Below, one piece after another: positions 45,831-55,576 of a stretch of 64,000 nucleotides of DNA (position 1 is its first letter; each line of letters begins with the position of its first letter). The notes beneath the pieces are model-generated. The model was not told where the DNA came from. It saw nothing but the letters and a program-made list of their open reading frames with translations, and made no database searches. The stretch comes from Candidatus Multivoradales bacterium. GTDB taxonomy: Bacteria > Acidobacteriota > Thermoanaerobaculia > Multivoradales > JAHEKO01. The stretch is from positions 2,751,616 through 2,815,615 of the forward strand of contig CBDCYF010000005.1 in the NCBI GenBank assembly GCA_965224065.1, in the 5' to 3' direction. Both the position numbers and the translations under genes were made by a program.

Positions 45831-47814
45831 CTCGGATAAACGTGTACATCCGGCCGGCCACGCCGTCTCGGACCGCGGGCCGGAAGGTCGCTCCCTTGGC
45901 GGCTGCCATCGCGGCCTCCTTGAGCTTGCGCTTGAACGATGGGCGCTTGACGCTGGTCGAGAGCACCTTGCCGTGCTCGTCCACCAGCGCGGTGACCATA
46001 ATGGTCGTCGCGGTCCTTGGCGGTCCGTCTTCGAGCTTTGGTGGCGGGAGATGGAGGAGCACCGGTGGGATCACACCGAGAGCCCCCGGTTGATAGACCT
46101 CCTGGGTACGGCCGCGAGGCGGCGGTCCTCCCCGCGGGTCGCCGGGTGGTGGCGGACGGTGCTCCGGCGGGGGTTGATCTCCGGGTGGCCCACCGGGCTG
46201 CGGCCGCCGGCCCTCCGGACCGGTTCCGGGTGGCCCGGCTTCCGGAGCGGGGCGGCCCGATGGGTCGGACGGCGGCGTCGGCTCGGCTCGAGGCGCGGAT
46301 TCTTCGGGTGCGGGAATCGCCGCGGCTTCCGCTTCCGTAGGCGGTGGCTGCGGGACGGCGGTCAGCGCGAGATCGGCGTCGCCGGTCTCCGGGGTCCAGC
46401 GTTCCGCGGGATCCACGGCGACGGTCTCGCCACGCTCCGCCACCGCGTCGCCATCGCCATCGCCATCGCCACCGCCCCCGGATCTCCAAAGAAACCACCC
46501 GACGGCGGCGAGCGCGAGCAGCGCCGCCACTCCCAATCCGGCGGCTACCATCGGGAGCCGTTTCCCCTTTCCCGAGGCCGCGGGCGCCGGCTGGGTCGCT
46601 GGCGCCACCGTGGTGGGCTCGTCGGCCAGCATCTCGCGATACTTGGCGAGCTCCGGGACCTCGCCGTGCCGGGCCAGGGCCTTGTCCAGCAGCCGCTGGG
46701 CCTTGTTCTGCTTTCCGGCCGCCAGAATCTTGTCGATCTTGGCGGCATCCTTGGTGAGTTGCCGCAGGTCGACCGTCTTGGCCTTCTTTCCCGTCATTTC
46801 GGTGACCCGTGACGGTTCGGGTGTGGTGACCATGCCAAAGTCGCGATCCAGCCGGCTTTGGGTGGAGCCGGGCTCCTTGGATTCGGAGATCTTCGGCAAC
46901 GCGACCGCCGTGGCGCGAATGGTCGTGTCGAGCTCGGTGCGGAGAGAGCTTTTTGGGTTCCGGAATCCCGTGAGCGCTTCCGCAAATTCCATCGCGCTCG
47001 CGTGCCGGTTGTCGGGCTCTTTCTCGAGCGCCTTGAGCACGGCCTCGCGCAGCCCGGTCTCGATCCGGCCGTCTTTGTCCGTCTCGTCAAACGCGCGCGG
47101 AGCCTGGAAAAGATGGCAGCCGGCGAGCTCGGTAAAACTGTCGCCCTCGAAGGGGTACTCGCCGGTCAAGAGCTGGTAGAGCATCACCCCGAACGAATAG
47201 ATATCGCTTCGGTGGTCGAGCTCATCCGAGCCCGCCTTGGCCGAGAACTGCTCGGGCGAGCTGTAGCGGACCTTGCCGAGAAAAACGCCGGTCTGTGTCA
47301 ACTGGGCGACGGCTTCCAGGTTCTTGGCAATGCCCAAATCGATCAGCTTGACCACCGGACCGCCGGAGTGGTCCGAAGCCAGCATGATGTTGTCCGGTGA
47401 GATGTCGCGGTGGACGAACTTCTGATCGTGGAGATAGCCCAGAGCTTCGAGTGCCTGGGTCGCGAGCGCGATCGTCAGGTCGACGCTCGGTGGCCCCGTG
47501 GCCTTCAAGACCGCGTTCAGCCCGACGCCGTCGATGAACTCCATGACGATGTAGGCGGTTCCCTCGTCGGTCACCGCGAAGTCGTAGAGCTGTGCGATGT
47601 TGGGGTGCTTGAGGCGAATCGCCATCTTCGCCTCGCGCAGGAAGCGGCGCTGTATCTCTTCCTTGGACGCCGCTTGGGGCCGCAGGACCTTGATGACCCG
47701 GATCTCCTCCAGCAGCCGGTGCTTGACCTTGTAGACCGAGCCGATGCCACCCTCCCCGATCTTGGCGAGGATCTCGTACTTGCCCTCGAGCATCTCCTGG
47801 AGCGGCATGGTCAT
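45811..47814 (-). CDS. Serine/threonine protein kinase with a TM segment, a Pro/Gly-rich periplasmic region and a C-terminal TonB-C-like domain.
   Basis: Kinase motifs GEGGIGSVYKV, HRDISPDNIML, DLGIAK, SPEQ. TM segment MVAAGLGVAALLALAAVGWFLW. A (GD)n run. The C-terminal about 90 aa (PPVLLHLPPPKL...GKVLSTSVKRPSF...LKEAAMAAAKGATFRPA...) resembles the TonB C-terminal fold. Confidence 0.75.
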   Translation of the reverse strand: MTMPLQEMLEGKYEILAKIGEGGIGSVYKVKHRLLEEIRVIKVLRPQAASKEEIQRRFLREAKMAIRLKHPNIAQLYDFAVTDEGTAYIVMEFIDGVGLNAVLKATGPPSVDLTIALATQALEALGYLHDQKFVHRDISPDNIMLASDHSGGPVVKLIDLGIAKNLEAVAQLTQTGVFLGKVRYSSPEQFSAKAGSDELDHRSDIYSFGVMLYQLLTGEYPFEGDSFTELAGCHLFQAPRAFDETDKDGRIETGLREAVLKALEKEPDNRHASAMEFAEALTGFRNPKSSLRTELDTTIRATAVALPKISESKEPGSTQSRLDRDFGMVTTPEPSRVTEMTGKKAKTVDLRQLTKDAAKIDKILAAGKQNKAQRLLDKALARHGEVPELAKYREMLADEPTTVAPATQPAPAASGKGKRLPMVAAGLGVAALLALAAVGWFLWRSGGGGDGDGDGDAVAERGETVAVDPAERWTPETGDADLALTAVPQPPPTEAEAAAIPAPEESAPRAEPTPPSDPSGRPAPEAGPPGTGPEGRRPQPGGPPGDQPPPEHRPPPPGDPRGGPPPRGRTQEVYQPGALGVIPPVLLHLPPPKLEDGPPRTATTIMVTALVDEHGKVLSTSVKRPSFKRKLKEAAMAAAKGATFRPAVRDGVAGRMYTFIRVDFPAG

Positions 47815-47893
47815 CGTGAAACTTCCCCCTTGTCGGCCGTAAGCCGGTCGATCATCTTATCTTAAGGCAGTTTGTTAGATGTCGATAAGCGCA

Positions 47894-48412
47894 TCAGAGG
47901 TCGTTGATTTCGCGGTCGACATACGCCTGCCAATCTTCGATCTCGCGATGCCGGGTCGCGATCTCGTGTTGGAGACGCGTGATCGTCGCGAGCGGATTGG
48001 CCACTCGCTCGCCGGCGAGCTCGAGCTCGGTCTCGAGCTGGCGCAGGTTGAACCTCATCGAGTTCTCGTCGGCGCCCTCGGCTTCCGCGCGCTCTTGCAG
48101 GGTCTCGAGCTGCGATTCGAGGCGCGTCTGGTTTTCCACCGCCTTGTCGTAGTCCGTTTGAGCGGCGCGCAGCCGGCCCTCCAGTTCGTTGAGACGGCTG
48201 TGGCTGATGTCGACGCGCTTCATCAGGAGGTCGAGACGCGAGCCTTCGATCTGCCGTTCCATGGCGTCGGCGATGCGCCCGAGGGCGTCGGCGATCTCCG
48301 CCAGAGCGAGTGATTGCGCTTCACCCGAGGGCGCCGTTTGAGCGTGGAGGGGAGAAGTAGTGGCCAGGGCCCCGAGGGCGATCGCCATGGCAAAACCGGC
48401 GGTGGGCTTCAT
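47894..48412 (-). CDS. Secreted coiled-coil hypothetical protein.
   Basis: Signal peptide MKPTAGFAMAIALGALATTSPLHAQ. The remainder is heptad-rich (LNELEGRLRAAQTDYDKAVENQTRLESQLETLQERAEAEG). Confidence 0.35.
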   Translation of the reverse strand: MKPTAGFAMAIALGALATTSPLHAQTAPSGEAQSLALAEIADALGRIADAMERQIEGSRLDLLMKRVDISHSRLNELEGRLRAAQTDYDKAVENQTRLESQLETLQERAEAEGADENSMRFNLRQLETELELAGERVANPLATITRLQHEIATRHREIEDWQAYVDREINDL

Positions 48413-48506
48413 CGGAAACTCCTTTCGTCAGGCATTGCTCGAGCTCCTCTTGCTTCGAGGTTGTTAGTCTAGCCTCGGACAATGTCGATCTCGTTGTGAG
48501 GATTTA

Positions 48507-49247
48507 TTGATGGCCGAATTGGCTGCGCAGCCGGTGTTCCTGACGGCCAAATGGCGTTGGCTGGTGATGCTCAACTACGACATCGATCCGGGGGTGTTGG
48601 CCCAGTACGTGCCGCGCGGGACGGAGCTCGATACCCGGGGTGACACGACATACGTCAGTCTTGTTGCTTTCCGGTTTCTCGACACCCGCGTCAAGGGTCT
48701 GGTGATTCCGTTCCACCGGGACTTTGAGGAAATCAACTTGCGCTTCTACGTACGGCGGCGTGGGCCCGAAGGCTGGCGCCGGGGGGTCGTGTTTGTCCGC
48801 GAGGTCGTGCCACGGTGGGCCGTCGCTTCGGTTGCAAGATGGCTCTACAACGAAAACTATGTGGCGTGCCCGACGCGATCGACGATCGTCGAGCCTACCG
48901 ACGACCGGGCCGGACGAGTCGAGTATGGATGGAAATCGGGCGGCAGGTGGTTGTCCGTCTCGGCGAAGGCGACCGGCCGTCCGAGCACGCCGCCGCCCGG
49001 CTCCTTGGAAGAGTTCATCGCGGAGCACTATTGGGGTTACACGGTTCAGCGCGACGGCGGAACGGTCGAGTACCAGGTCGAACACCCGCAGTGGGACGTA
49101 TGGGCCGCCGAAGAGCCGGAAGCCGCCGGCGATTTTGGGAGTTTCTATGGATCGGAATTCGCCTCGGCTTTGGCGGGGACGCCCAGCTCCGCTTTTATTG
49201 CCGACGGATCCTCGGTGATCGTACGGAAGGGAGGTCGAATCGATTGA
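48507..49247 (+). CDS. Hypothetical protein, possibly DUF2071 (YqjF-like).
   Basis: 246 aa. Tentative family assignment from memory (...WRWLVMLNYDIDPGVLAQYVP...). Confidence 0.35.
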   Translation: MMAELAAQPVFLTAKWRWLVMLNYDIDPGVLAQYVPRGTELDTRGDTTYVSLVAFRFLDTRVKGLVIPFHRDFEEINLRFYVRRRGPEGWRRGVVFVREVVPRWAVASVARWLYNENYVACPTRSTIVEPTDDRAGRVEYGWKSGGRWLSVSAKATGRPSTPPPGSLEEFIAEHYWGYTVQRDGGTVEYQVEHPQWDVWAAEEPEAAGDFGSFYGSEFASALAGTPSSAFIADGSSVIVRKGGRID

Positions 49248-49289
49248 CAAGCCGTCTGACCCTCTACGTCTTGGGACGTATACAAAAGA

Positions 49290-49574
49290 ATGGAGAAACT
49301 GATGCCGAAGTATGTGATCGAACGAGAACTTCCGGGAGCCGGCGATTTGAGCTTCGAGGACTTAAAGGGCGTCTCCCAGAAGTCCTGCAGCGTGCTCCAC
49401 GAGCTGGGTCCCGAGATTAGCTGGATTCAGAGCTACGTCACGGACGATAAGATCTACTGCGTTTACGTCGCACCAAACGAGGATCTCGTACGAGAGCACG
49501 CCGAAAAAGGCGGCTTCCCGGCGAACCGGATATCTGAGGTGAGGTCGGTGATTGACCCCACCACAGCGGAATGA
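49290..49574 (+). CDS. Small hypothetical protein, DUF4242-like.
   Basis: 94 aa, MEKLMPKYVIERELPGAGDLSFEDL.... Tentative. Confidence 0.35.
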   Translation: MEKLMPKYVIERELPGAGDLSFEDLKGVSQKSCSVLHELGPEISWIQSYVTDDKIYCVYVAPNEDLVREHAEKGGFPANRISEVRSVIDPTTAE

Positions 49575-49629
49575 GGAATAAATCAGCTTCGCGAAGTGGA
49601 TCTGTCCGGGTAACAGTCTAGGAGTCAAT

Positions 49630-49959
49630 ATGGCCTATAACGAGAAGCTGGCGGATCGAGTCCGCGCCGCGCTCGCCCGCCGGCGAGGGGTGTCGGAAAA
49701 GAAGATGTTCGGGGGCATCGCCTTTCTGGCCCGCGGCCACATGTTCTGTGGCGTCAACGGCGACGACCTGATGGTGCGGGTGGGCCCGGCGGCCTACGAA
49801 AAGAGCTTGTCCCGCGCCCATGTGCGCGAGATGGATTTCACCGGTCGGCCCCTCAAGGGGATGGTCTATGTTGGTCCGGCCGGCGTTCGAACGGCCAAAC
49901 AGCTCCGGTCTTGGGTCGACCGCGGGCTGGAGTTTGCTCGCTCGCTGCCGCCCAAGTAG
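49630..49959 (+). CDS. TfoX/Sxy N-terminal domain protein.
   Basis: 109 aa. EKKMFGGIAFLARGHMFCGV...LMVRV is typical of TfoX_N. Confidence 0.55.
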   Translation: MAYNEKLADRVRAALARRRGVSEKKMFGGIAFLARGHMFCGVNGDDLMVRVGPAAYEKSLSRAHVREMDFTGRPLKGMVYVGPAGVRTAKQLRSWVDRGLEFARSLPPK

Positions 49960-50028
49960 CCTGGCGCCTGGTGCGGTGAAACAGCGGACGCTGTGTGAGC
50001 ACTCCACCGGTCGGGTAGCCTCTGAGCT

Positions 50029-50532
50029 ATGCGGATCCGAGCCGAGCGAGAAGAAGACCAATCGACGATTTACGCGGTAAACGCCTCGGCCTTTGAAACC
50101 AAGACCGAGGCCGATTTGGTGGACAATCTCCGAGCGCGGGCTTCTCCGATCGTCTCCCTGGTGGCCGAGGACCAGGGCGCGGTTGTTGGACACATCCTGT
50201 TTTCTCCCGTAACGGTGATCGGTGACGCCGCTCCCGAATCGATGGGACTCGCTCCGATGGCGGTCGCCCCGGGGCGGCAGCGCCAGGGAATCGGAACGGC
50301 GCTGGTGCGCTCGGGCCTGGAGCGTTGCCGCGACCTTGGAATCAGGGCGGTGTTCGTCCTCGGTCACCCCGATTACTATCCTCGCTTTGGCTTTGCGCCG
50401 TCCGTTCGATTCGGTCTCCGCAGCGAATACGAAGTCCCCGAGGAAGTCTTTATGGCCTTGGAGCTCGAGCCCGGTTCTCTCGACTCCGCCAGCGGCGCCG
50501 TGCGGTACCATGCCGCCTTCAGCGAGGCCTGA
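50029..50532 (+). CDS. GNAT family N-acetyltransferase.
   Basis: 167 aa. The acetyl-CoA motif RQRQGIGTALVRSGLE (Q/RxxGxG/A). Confidence 0.7.
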   Translation: MRIRAEREEDQSTIYAVNASAFETKTEADLVDNLRARASPIVSLVAEDQGAVVGHILFSPVTVIGDAAPESMGLAPMAVAPGRQRQGIGTALVRSGLERCRDLGIRAVFVLGHPDYYPRFGFAPSVRFGLRSEYEVPEEVFMALELEPGSLDSASGAVRYHAAFSEA

Positions 50533-50578
50533 CCGTGACGGGATTGCTCTGTTCGCCGCCGGCCCGTAGGCTCGGCGT

Positions 50579-51136
50579 ATGAGCGCTCCTTCGCCAAACG
50601 GCACCGTCACTGCGGTGAGCCGCAGCGCCACCCATACGATGAGCAAGCCCAACGCGAGCTCGATTCGGTTGCTCGCGGGTCTCGGCGTAGAGGGTGACGT
50701 TCACCTGGGCGAGACGGTCAAACACCGCTCGCGGGTGGCGAAAAATCCGCAAGCCCCCAATCTGCGCCAGGTCCATTTGATCCACTCCGAGCTGCACGAG
50801 GAGCTCCGGACGGCGGGATTCGAAGTGGAGCCGGGCGAGATGGGGGAGAACGTGACCACCCGGGGCGTCGATTTACTCGGATTGCCGACCGGATCCCGGC
50901 TGCGGCTCGGCGACGCCGCGGTGGTCGAGGTCACCGGTCTGAGAAACCCTTGTTCGCAGCTCGACGGGCTGTGGCCGGGTCTGATGGCCGCGACCCTGGG
51001 GCGCGATGAAGAGGGCCAGCTCGTCCGCAAGGCCGGGGTGATGGGTGTCGTCTTGGCCGGCGGGGAGGTTCGCCCGGGCGACCCGATCGTTGTCGAGCCA
51101 CCCTCGGGAGCACGCCGGGGACTGGAGCCGGTCTAA
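50579..51136 (+). CDS. MOSC domain-containing protein.
   Basis: 185 aa, with a beta-barrel MOSC pattern and the conserved Cys in LRNPCSQLDG. Confidence 0.6.
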   Translation: MSAPSPNGTVTAVSRSATHTMSKPNASSIRLLAGLGVEGDVHLGETVKHRSRVAKNPQAPNLRQVHLIHSELHEELRTAGFEVEPGEMGENVTTRGVDLLGLPTGSRLRLGDAAVVEVTGLRNPCSQLDGLWPGLMAATLGRDEEGQLVRKAGVMGVVLAGGEVRPGDPIVVEPPSGARRGLEPV

Positions 51137-51152
51137 CTGTCAGCGACGTCTT

Positions 51153-51644
51153 ATGCGCGAGTCGGAGCGCAGCCCGAGTGCCCTTCGGGTACAGACTGTT
51201 CTCGATCGACACGGTCTGGACTGCCGGGTCGTCGAGTTGCCCGAGTCGACGCGCTCGGCGCTGGAGGCCGCCCGAGCGGTCGGCTGCGATGTAGCGCAGA
51301 TCGCAAAGTCGCTTGTGTTCCGCGGCTCCGGGAGCGATGAGGCGCTTCTCGTGATCGCGAGCGGCGCCAACCGGGTATCGGAGAAAAAGCTCGCCGGCCT
51401 GGCGGGTGAAGGCATCCTCAAGGCCGACGCGGACTTTGTGCGCCAGCGGACGGGGTTTGCGATCGGCGGTGTCGCCCCGATCGGTCACGCTATTCCGTTG
51501 CGGATCTGGATCGACCGCGATCTGCTCGACCACCAGACGGTCTACGCCGCGGCGGGGACTCCGCGATCGTTGTTCTCGATCCGCCCGGCGGACCTTGTCG
51601 AGGTGACCGGTGCCCAGGTGGCCGACGTGGCTGAGGTCCCGTAG
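51153..51644 (+). CDS. YbaK/aminoacyl-tRNA deacylase (prolyl-tRNA editing) family protein.
   Basis: About 164 aa. Carries KSLVFRG...GGVAPIGH, as in YbaK/ProX. The start was re-assigned to the internal ATG 51153. Confidence 0.55.
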   Translation: MRESERSPSALRVQTVLDRHGLDCRVVELPESTRSALEAARAVGCDVAQIAKSLVFRGSGSDEALLVIASGANRVSEKKLAGLAGEGILKADADFVRQRTGFAIGGVAPIGHAIPLRIWIDRDLLDHQTVYAAAGTPRSLFSIRPADLVEVTGAQVADVAEVP

Positions 51645-51649
51645 GGCCG

Positions 51650-52636
51650 GTGCGAGCGATGGAGGCGGTGTGCACCATCTGCTGCGCGGCGAAACGCCAG
51701 GACGAAGGCCTGCTACCCGCCCGGCAACGCTATCTGAGCCCACGGATCGCACAGGTGGGCGCCGAGAGTCGCGACACCGGCAGGCCGTTTCTGATTCTGT
51801 CGGGTGAGCTCGGACTGATTGGCGCCGACGAGAAGATCCCCTGGTACGAAAACCTCCTGACTCGAGAATCGGTTTCGGAGCTCGTGTCCCGTGTGATCGG
51901 CCAGCTCGGCGAGTGCGAGATCGAGCGACTCAGATTTTTCTCCCGGGCGAGGGACACGCCGGGATGGGCGCCGTACGTCGAAGTGATCGAACGCGCTTGC
52001 GCAGAGGCGGGTGTCGCGCTGACCTTCTGTGACTACGATCTTTGTGAGCGTCTCCTGGAGCTTGCCGAGAGGGACCGGCAAACACGCAACCGGCTGGCGA
52101 CGAGCGGCGAGCTGTTCGACGGCTATCAGCCGGAGATGGAGAGAGTGCACGTCGAGAACGCGGCCGTGCTCGAGAAAGCGATCGAGAAGCACGGCTGGCC
52201 CGGCGAGTCGGTGGTCGGGCGCCGCGCCTCGGAGGCCGCCTGGCTGGTCGCGCAGCACGCCATCTCGTTGCCGTCGTTTCAAAAAAAGTGCCTCGCGCTG
52301 CTGCGCGGAGCGGTCGAGGCGGGAGAAGCGCCGCCGGCCCAGGCGGCGTACCTGTTCGATCGCATTCGGTTCAATCAACGACGGCCGCAGCGTTTTGGGA
52401 CGATCCTGGACTGGGACCGGGAAGGTCGATTGAGTCCGTGGGAGATCGAGGACGCAGGCGACGTCGAGACCCGCCGTCGGGAGACCGGTCTGTCGCCACT
52501 TGCCGAGACCGTCGCCCAAGCGCGGGCGGAAGCGGCCGAGATCGGCGAATCGTCGACTCCGTCCGCCGACTACGCCCAACGGCAGCGCCGGATCGCGGAG
52601 TGGGCGCGCGCGGTGGGCTGGCTTCCGGACCGATAG
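51650..52636 (+). CDS. Hypothetical protein.
   Basis: 328 aa ORF in the coding-dense + strand run. No family recognised. Confidence 0.3.
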   Translation: MRAMEAVCTICCAAKRQDEGLLPARQRYLSPRIAQVGAESRDTGRPFLILSGELGLIGADEKIPWYENLLTRESVSELVSRVIGQLGECEIERLRFFSRARDTPGWAPYVEVIERACAEAGVALTFCDYDLCERLLELAERDRQTRNRLATSGELFDGYQPEMERVHVENAAVLEKAIEKHGWPGESVVGRRASEAAWLVAQHAISLPSFQKKCLALLRGAVEAGEAPPAQAAYLFDRIRFNQRRPQRFGTILDWDREGRLSPWEIEDAGDVETRRRETGLSPLAETVAQARAEAAEIGESSTPSADYAQRQRRIAEWARAVGWLPDR

Positions 52637-52648
52637 TATCTAGTTCCC

Positions 52649-53194
52649 ATGGATATCGATCTCGACCAAGCCCGCGCGATCTTGGCTCGCACTCCCGCCG
52701 CTCTGGCGACGCTCCTGACCGGTCTGGACGAGGACTGGACGCACAGCAACGAGGGCGGAGAAAGCTGGAGCCCGTTTGACGTCGTCGGCCATTTGGTCCA
52801 CGGCGAGAAGACCGACTGGATGGGGCGGATGCGGATCATTCTGGATCACGGGGAAGAACGGCCGTTCGACCCCTTCGATCGCTTCGCCCAGTTCGAGGAC
52901 TCGAAGGGCAAGTCGCTCGAGGACCTCCTGGAAGAATTCGCGCAGCTACGGCGTTTGAACCTCCAGAAGCTTGACGACTGGGGGCTCACGAGCGAGGATT
53001 TCGACCGCCGCGGACGGCATCCAGCACTCGGGCAGGTGACCTTGGGCGAGCTTCTGGCGACCTGGGTGGCTCACGATCTAGGCCACATCGCGCAGATCGC
53101 GCGGGTGATGGCCAAGCAGTATGGCGATCAGGTCGGCCCGTGGGAGGAATACCTGGGGGTTCTTAGGGACCGCGTCGAGAAAAGGAGCTCGTGA
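52649..53194 (+). CDS. DinB/YfiT-like (DinB_2) putative metal-dependent hydrolase.
   Basis: 181 aa, with the His-containing helices VVGHLVHGE...HDLGHIAQI. Confidence 0.55.
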   Translation: MDIDLDQARAILARTPAALATLLTGLDEDWTHSNEGGESWSPFDVVGHLVHGEKTDWMGRMRIILDHGEERPFDPFDRFAQFEDSKGKSLEDLLEEFAQLRRLNLQKLDDWGLTSEDFDRRGRHPALGQVTLGELLATWVAHDLGHIAQIARVMAKQYGDQVGPWEEYLGVLRDRVEKRSS

Positions 53195-53195
53195 G

Positions 53196-53666
53196 ATGGA
53201 GAAAGCCACTTTTGGTGCCGGTTGTTTTTGGGGCGTCGAGGCGACGTTTCGTCAGACCGAAGGCGTGCTGGACACGGCGGTCGGCTACATGGGGGGCACG
53301 CTCGAGAACCCGACCTACAAGGACGTCTGCACCGACACCACCGGCCACGCCGAAGTCGTCGATGTGGATTTCGACCCCGAGAAGGTCTCCTACGAGACAC
53401 TGCTCGAGGTCTTTTGGTCGAACCACGATCCGACGACCTTGAACCGACAGGGGCCGGACGTCGGCTCCCAGTATCGCTCGGCGGTTTTCTTTCATTCGGA
53501 CGAGCAGCGCGTGGCGGCCGAACGGGTCAAGGAACGGCTCGTGGCGAGCGGGCGCTTCTCGAATACGATCGTGACCGAGATCGAGCCGGCCGCGACCTTC
53601 TACCGCGCCGAGGACTACCACCAGCGTTACCTCGAGAAGCGCGGGCTGGCGAGCTGTCACATCTGA
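53196..53666 (+). CDS. msrA: Peptide methionine sulfoxide reductase A.
   Basis: [15 protein letters not shown] active-site motif. 156 aa. The start was re-assigned to 53196. Confidence 0.85.
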   Translation: MEKATFGAGCFWGVEATFRQTEGVLDTAVGYMGGTLENPTYKDVCTDTTGHAEVVDVDFDPEKVSYETLLEVFWSNHDPTTLNRQGPDVGSQYRSAVFFHSDEQRVAAERVKERLVASGRFSNTIVTEIEPAATFYRAEDYHQRYLEKRGLASCHI

Positions 53667-53712
53667 CGCGAGCCGTTTCTAGCTGGGGCCGGCCGGTCGC
53701 GAGGCCGCGGGT

Positions 53713-54093
53713 ATGACCATGCTTCCCGAGATCCTGGCGCAGCCGGCGTGGCTCCAACTGTGGATTCTCTGGTTGGTGGTCGTCAACACCGCGAGCCTGT
53801 TCTTCCTGCGCCGTCACGAGGCCCGTTGGGTTCTCGCTGCATGGCTCGCGAATGCGGTCCTGATCACCGCGCTCTTTGAGTGGGGCGGCTACACGCGGTT
53901 TCTGGGGCTCTCGCACGTCATCTGCTGGACGCCGCTCTTGATCTATCTGTGGCGACGCAGAAGCGCTTGGTCCGGCCATGGTCGATTCTCGATCTGGATC
54001 CGTGCGCTCTTTCTGACCAACCTGATCTCGCTGGCGATCGACTACCTCGACGTTGCCCGCTACCTGCTGGGTGATCGCGCTCCCCTGGCATAG
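53713..54093 (+). CDS. Hypothetical small membrane protein.
   Basis: 126 aa with 3-4 TM helices. No family recognised. Confidence 0.35.
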   Translation: MTMLPEILAQPAWLQLWILWLVVVNTASLFFLRRHEARWVLAAWLANAVLITALFEWGGYTRFLGLSHVICWTPLLIYLWRRRSAWSGHGRFSIWIRALFLTNLISLAIDYLDVARYLLGDRAPLA

Positions 54094-54097
54094 CTCG

Positions 54098-54862
54098 TTG
54101 GCGTTCAAAGACTACTTTTCGGTCGCCCGCGACTACGCTCGCTACCGGCCGCACTACCCGAAGGAGCTCTTCGAGTTTCTGGCGAGCCTGGCGCCGGCGA
54201 AGCGCGTCGTCTGGGATGTGGGGTCCGGGAGCGGGCAGGCGGCGCAGGCGCTTGTTTCGCACTTCACCCGAGTGGTGGCGACCGACCCCAGCCTCAGTCA
54301 GTTGGCGCGGGCCGAGTCGAGGGAGATCTCGCGGGTGGCGGTACGCGCCGAGGAGCCTCCCCTGAAGAACTCTTCGATCGACCTGGTGACGGTGGCCCAA
54401 GCCCTCCACTGGTTCGATTTCGATCGGTTCTATGCCGCGGTGCGCCGGGTGACGCGGCCGGGGGCAATCGTTGCGGCCTGGACCTACCCGCTGGCCTCGC
54501 TCGGCGAAGACGTCGACTCATTGCTCGCGCGTTTTGCTCGCGAGACGGTCGGCGACTACTGGCCACCGGAGCGCCGGCACGTCGACCTCGAATACCGCCG
54601 GATCCCTTTCCCGTTCGAGAGGATCGAGACGCCGGAGTTCGAGATGACCGCCGAGTGGAGTCTCGACGACCTGCTCGGCTATGCGGGCACCTGGTCGGCG
54701 GTCAACCGGTATAGGCAAGCGACCGGAGACGACCCACTGCCCGATCTGGCCTTGGCGTTGAGAGCGGTTTGGGGCGGCGCCAAACGGCGTGCCGTACGTT
54801 GGTCTCTGCCGCTTTTTGTGGGACGAGCGCCCGGCGACCGGTCTGGTACGGTTCGCGCGTGA
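54098..54862 (+). CDS. Class I SAM-dependent methyltransferase.
   Basis: SAM motif I VVWDVGSGSGQAAQAL. About 254 aa from a putative TTG start at 54098 (uncertain). The track start at 54053 overlaps the previous gene. Confidence 0.55.
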   Translation: MAFKDYFSVARDYARYRPHYPKELFEFLASLAPAKRVVWDVGSGSGQAAQALVSHFTRVVATDPSLSQLARAESREISRVAVRAEEPPLKNSSIDLVTVAQALHWFDFDRFYAAVRRVTRPGAIVAAWTYPLASLGEDVDSLLARFARETVGDYWPPERRHVDLEYRRIPFPFERIETPEFEMTAEWSLDDLLGYAGTWSAVNRYRQATGDDPLPDLALALRAVWGGAKRRAVRWSLPLFVGRAPGDRSGTVRA

Positions 54863-55557
54863 CCACCCAGCCGCTCGCCGAACCGGTTCGCCCCGGCGCC
54901 GGAAGCGCCCGCGCGAGCTTCATCACCCGGGCCTATGCTCACCTCTTTGGCGCCATCCTGGTGTTTGTCGCCTTCGAGGTGGCGCTGTTCAAGAGCGGAG
55001 CGGCCGAGCGCATTGCCGGCGCCATGCGGCAGGTCCCTTGGGCGCTGATCCTGGGCGCGTTTCTCGTCGTCTCCTGGCTGGCGAGCCGGATGGCTTACCG
55101 GTTGAAGACTCCGGTCGGGCAGTACGCCGGGCTGGGGCTCTACATCGTGGCCAAGGGGCTGATCTTTGTGCCGCTTCTCTACCATGCCAACGCCCTGGCT
55201 TCCGGAGTGATCGAACAGGCAGCTCAGGTCACGGTCCTGGGTGCCGCGGGTCTCACCTGGGTGGCGTTTGTCAGCCGCAACGACTTCTCCTCGTTTCGCC
55301 CGTTTCTCTATTGGGGCGGGATCATCGCCCTGCTCCTGATCTTGGCGGCGATCCTTTTCGGCTTCCGTCTCGGGACCTGGTTCAGCGTCGCGATGATCGC
55401 GCTCTCGGGGGCGTCGATTCTCTACGACACGGCCAGGATCAAGCGCCGTCGCTATGGAGGTCGCAAGCACGTCGGCGCGGCGTTGAGCCTCTTTGCCTCG
55501 GTGGGGATGATGTTCTGGTACGTGCTGCGAATCACCACACGGCTCCACCGGTCATAG
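54859..55557 (+). CDS. Bax inhibitor-1/YccA family membrane protein.
   Basis: 7-TM pattern with a conserved C-terminal region (...ILYDTARIKRRRY...). The GTG start at 54859 makes a GTGA overlap with the methyltransferase stop. Confidence 0.55.
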   Translation: MTTQPLAEPVRPGAGSARASFITRAYAHLFGAILVFVAFEVALFKSGAAERIAGAMRQVPWALILGAFLVVSWLASRMAYRLKTPVGQYAGLGLYIVAKGLIFVPLLYHANALASGVIEQAAQVTVLGAAGLTWVAFVSRNDFSSFRPFLYWGGIIALLLILAAILFGFRLGTWFSVAMIALSGASILYDTARIKRRRYGGRKHVGAALSLFASVGMMFWYVLRITTRLHRS

Positions 55558-55576
55558 CTCGGCGGCGTCTTCGACC

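Noticed and set aside
47815-47893. AT-rich inverted repeat CTTATC...GATAAG upstream of the kinase start.
   Set aside because: The dyad is imperfect and I cannot distinguish it from chance in a short AT-rich promoter region. I noted it only as a possible promoter or UP element.
54679-55548. 289-aa minus-strand ORF.
   Set aside because: It is antisense to the BI-1/YccA-family membrane protein gene. It is His/Arg/Asp/Pro-rich low complexity.
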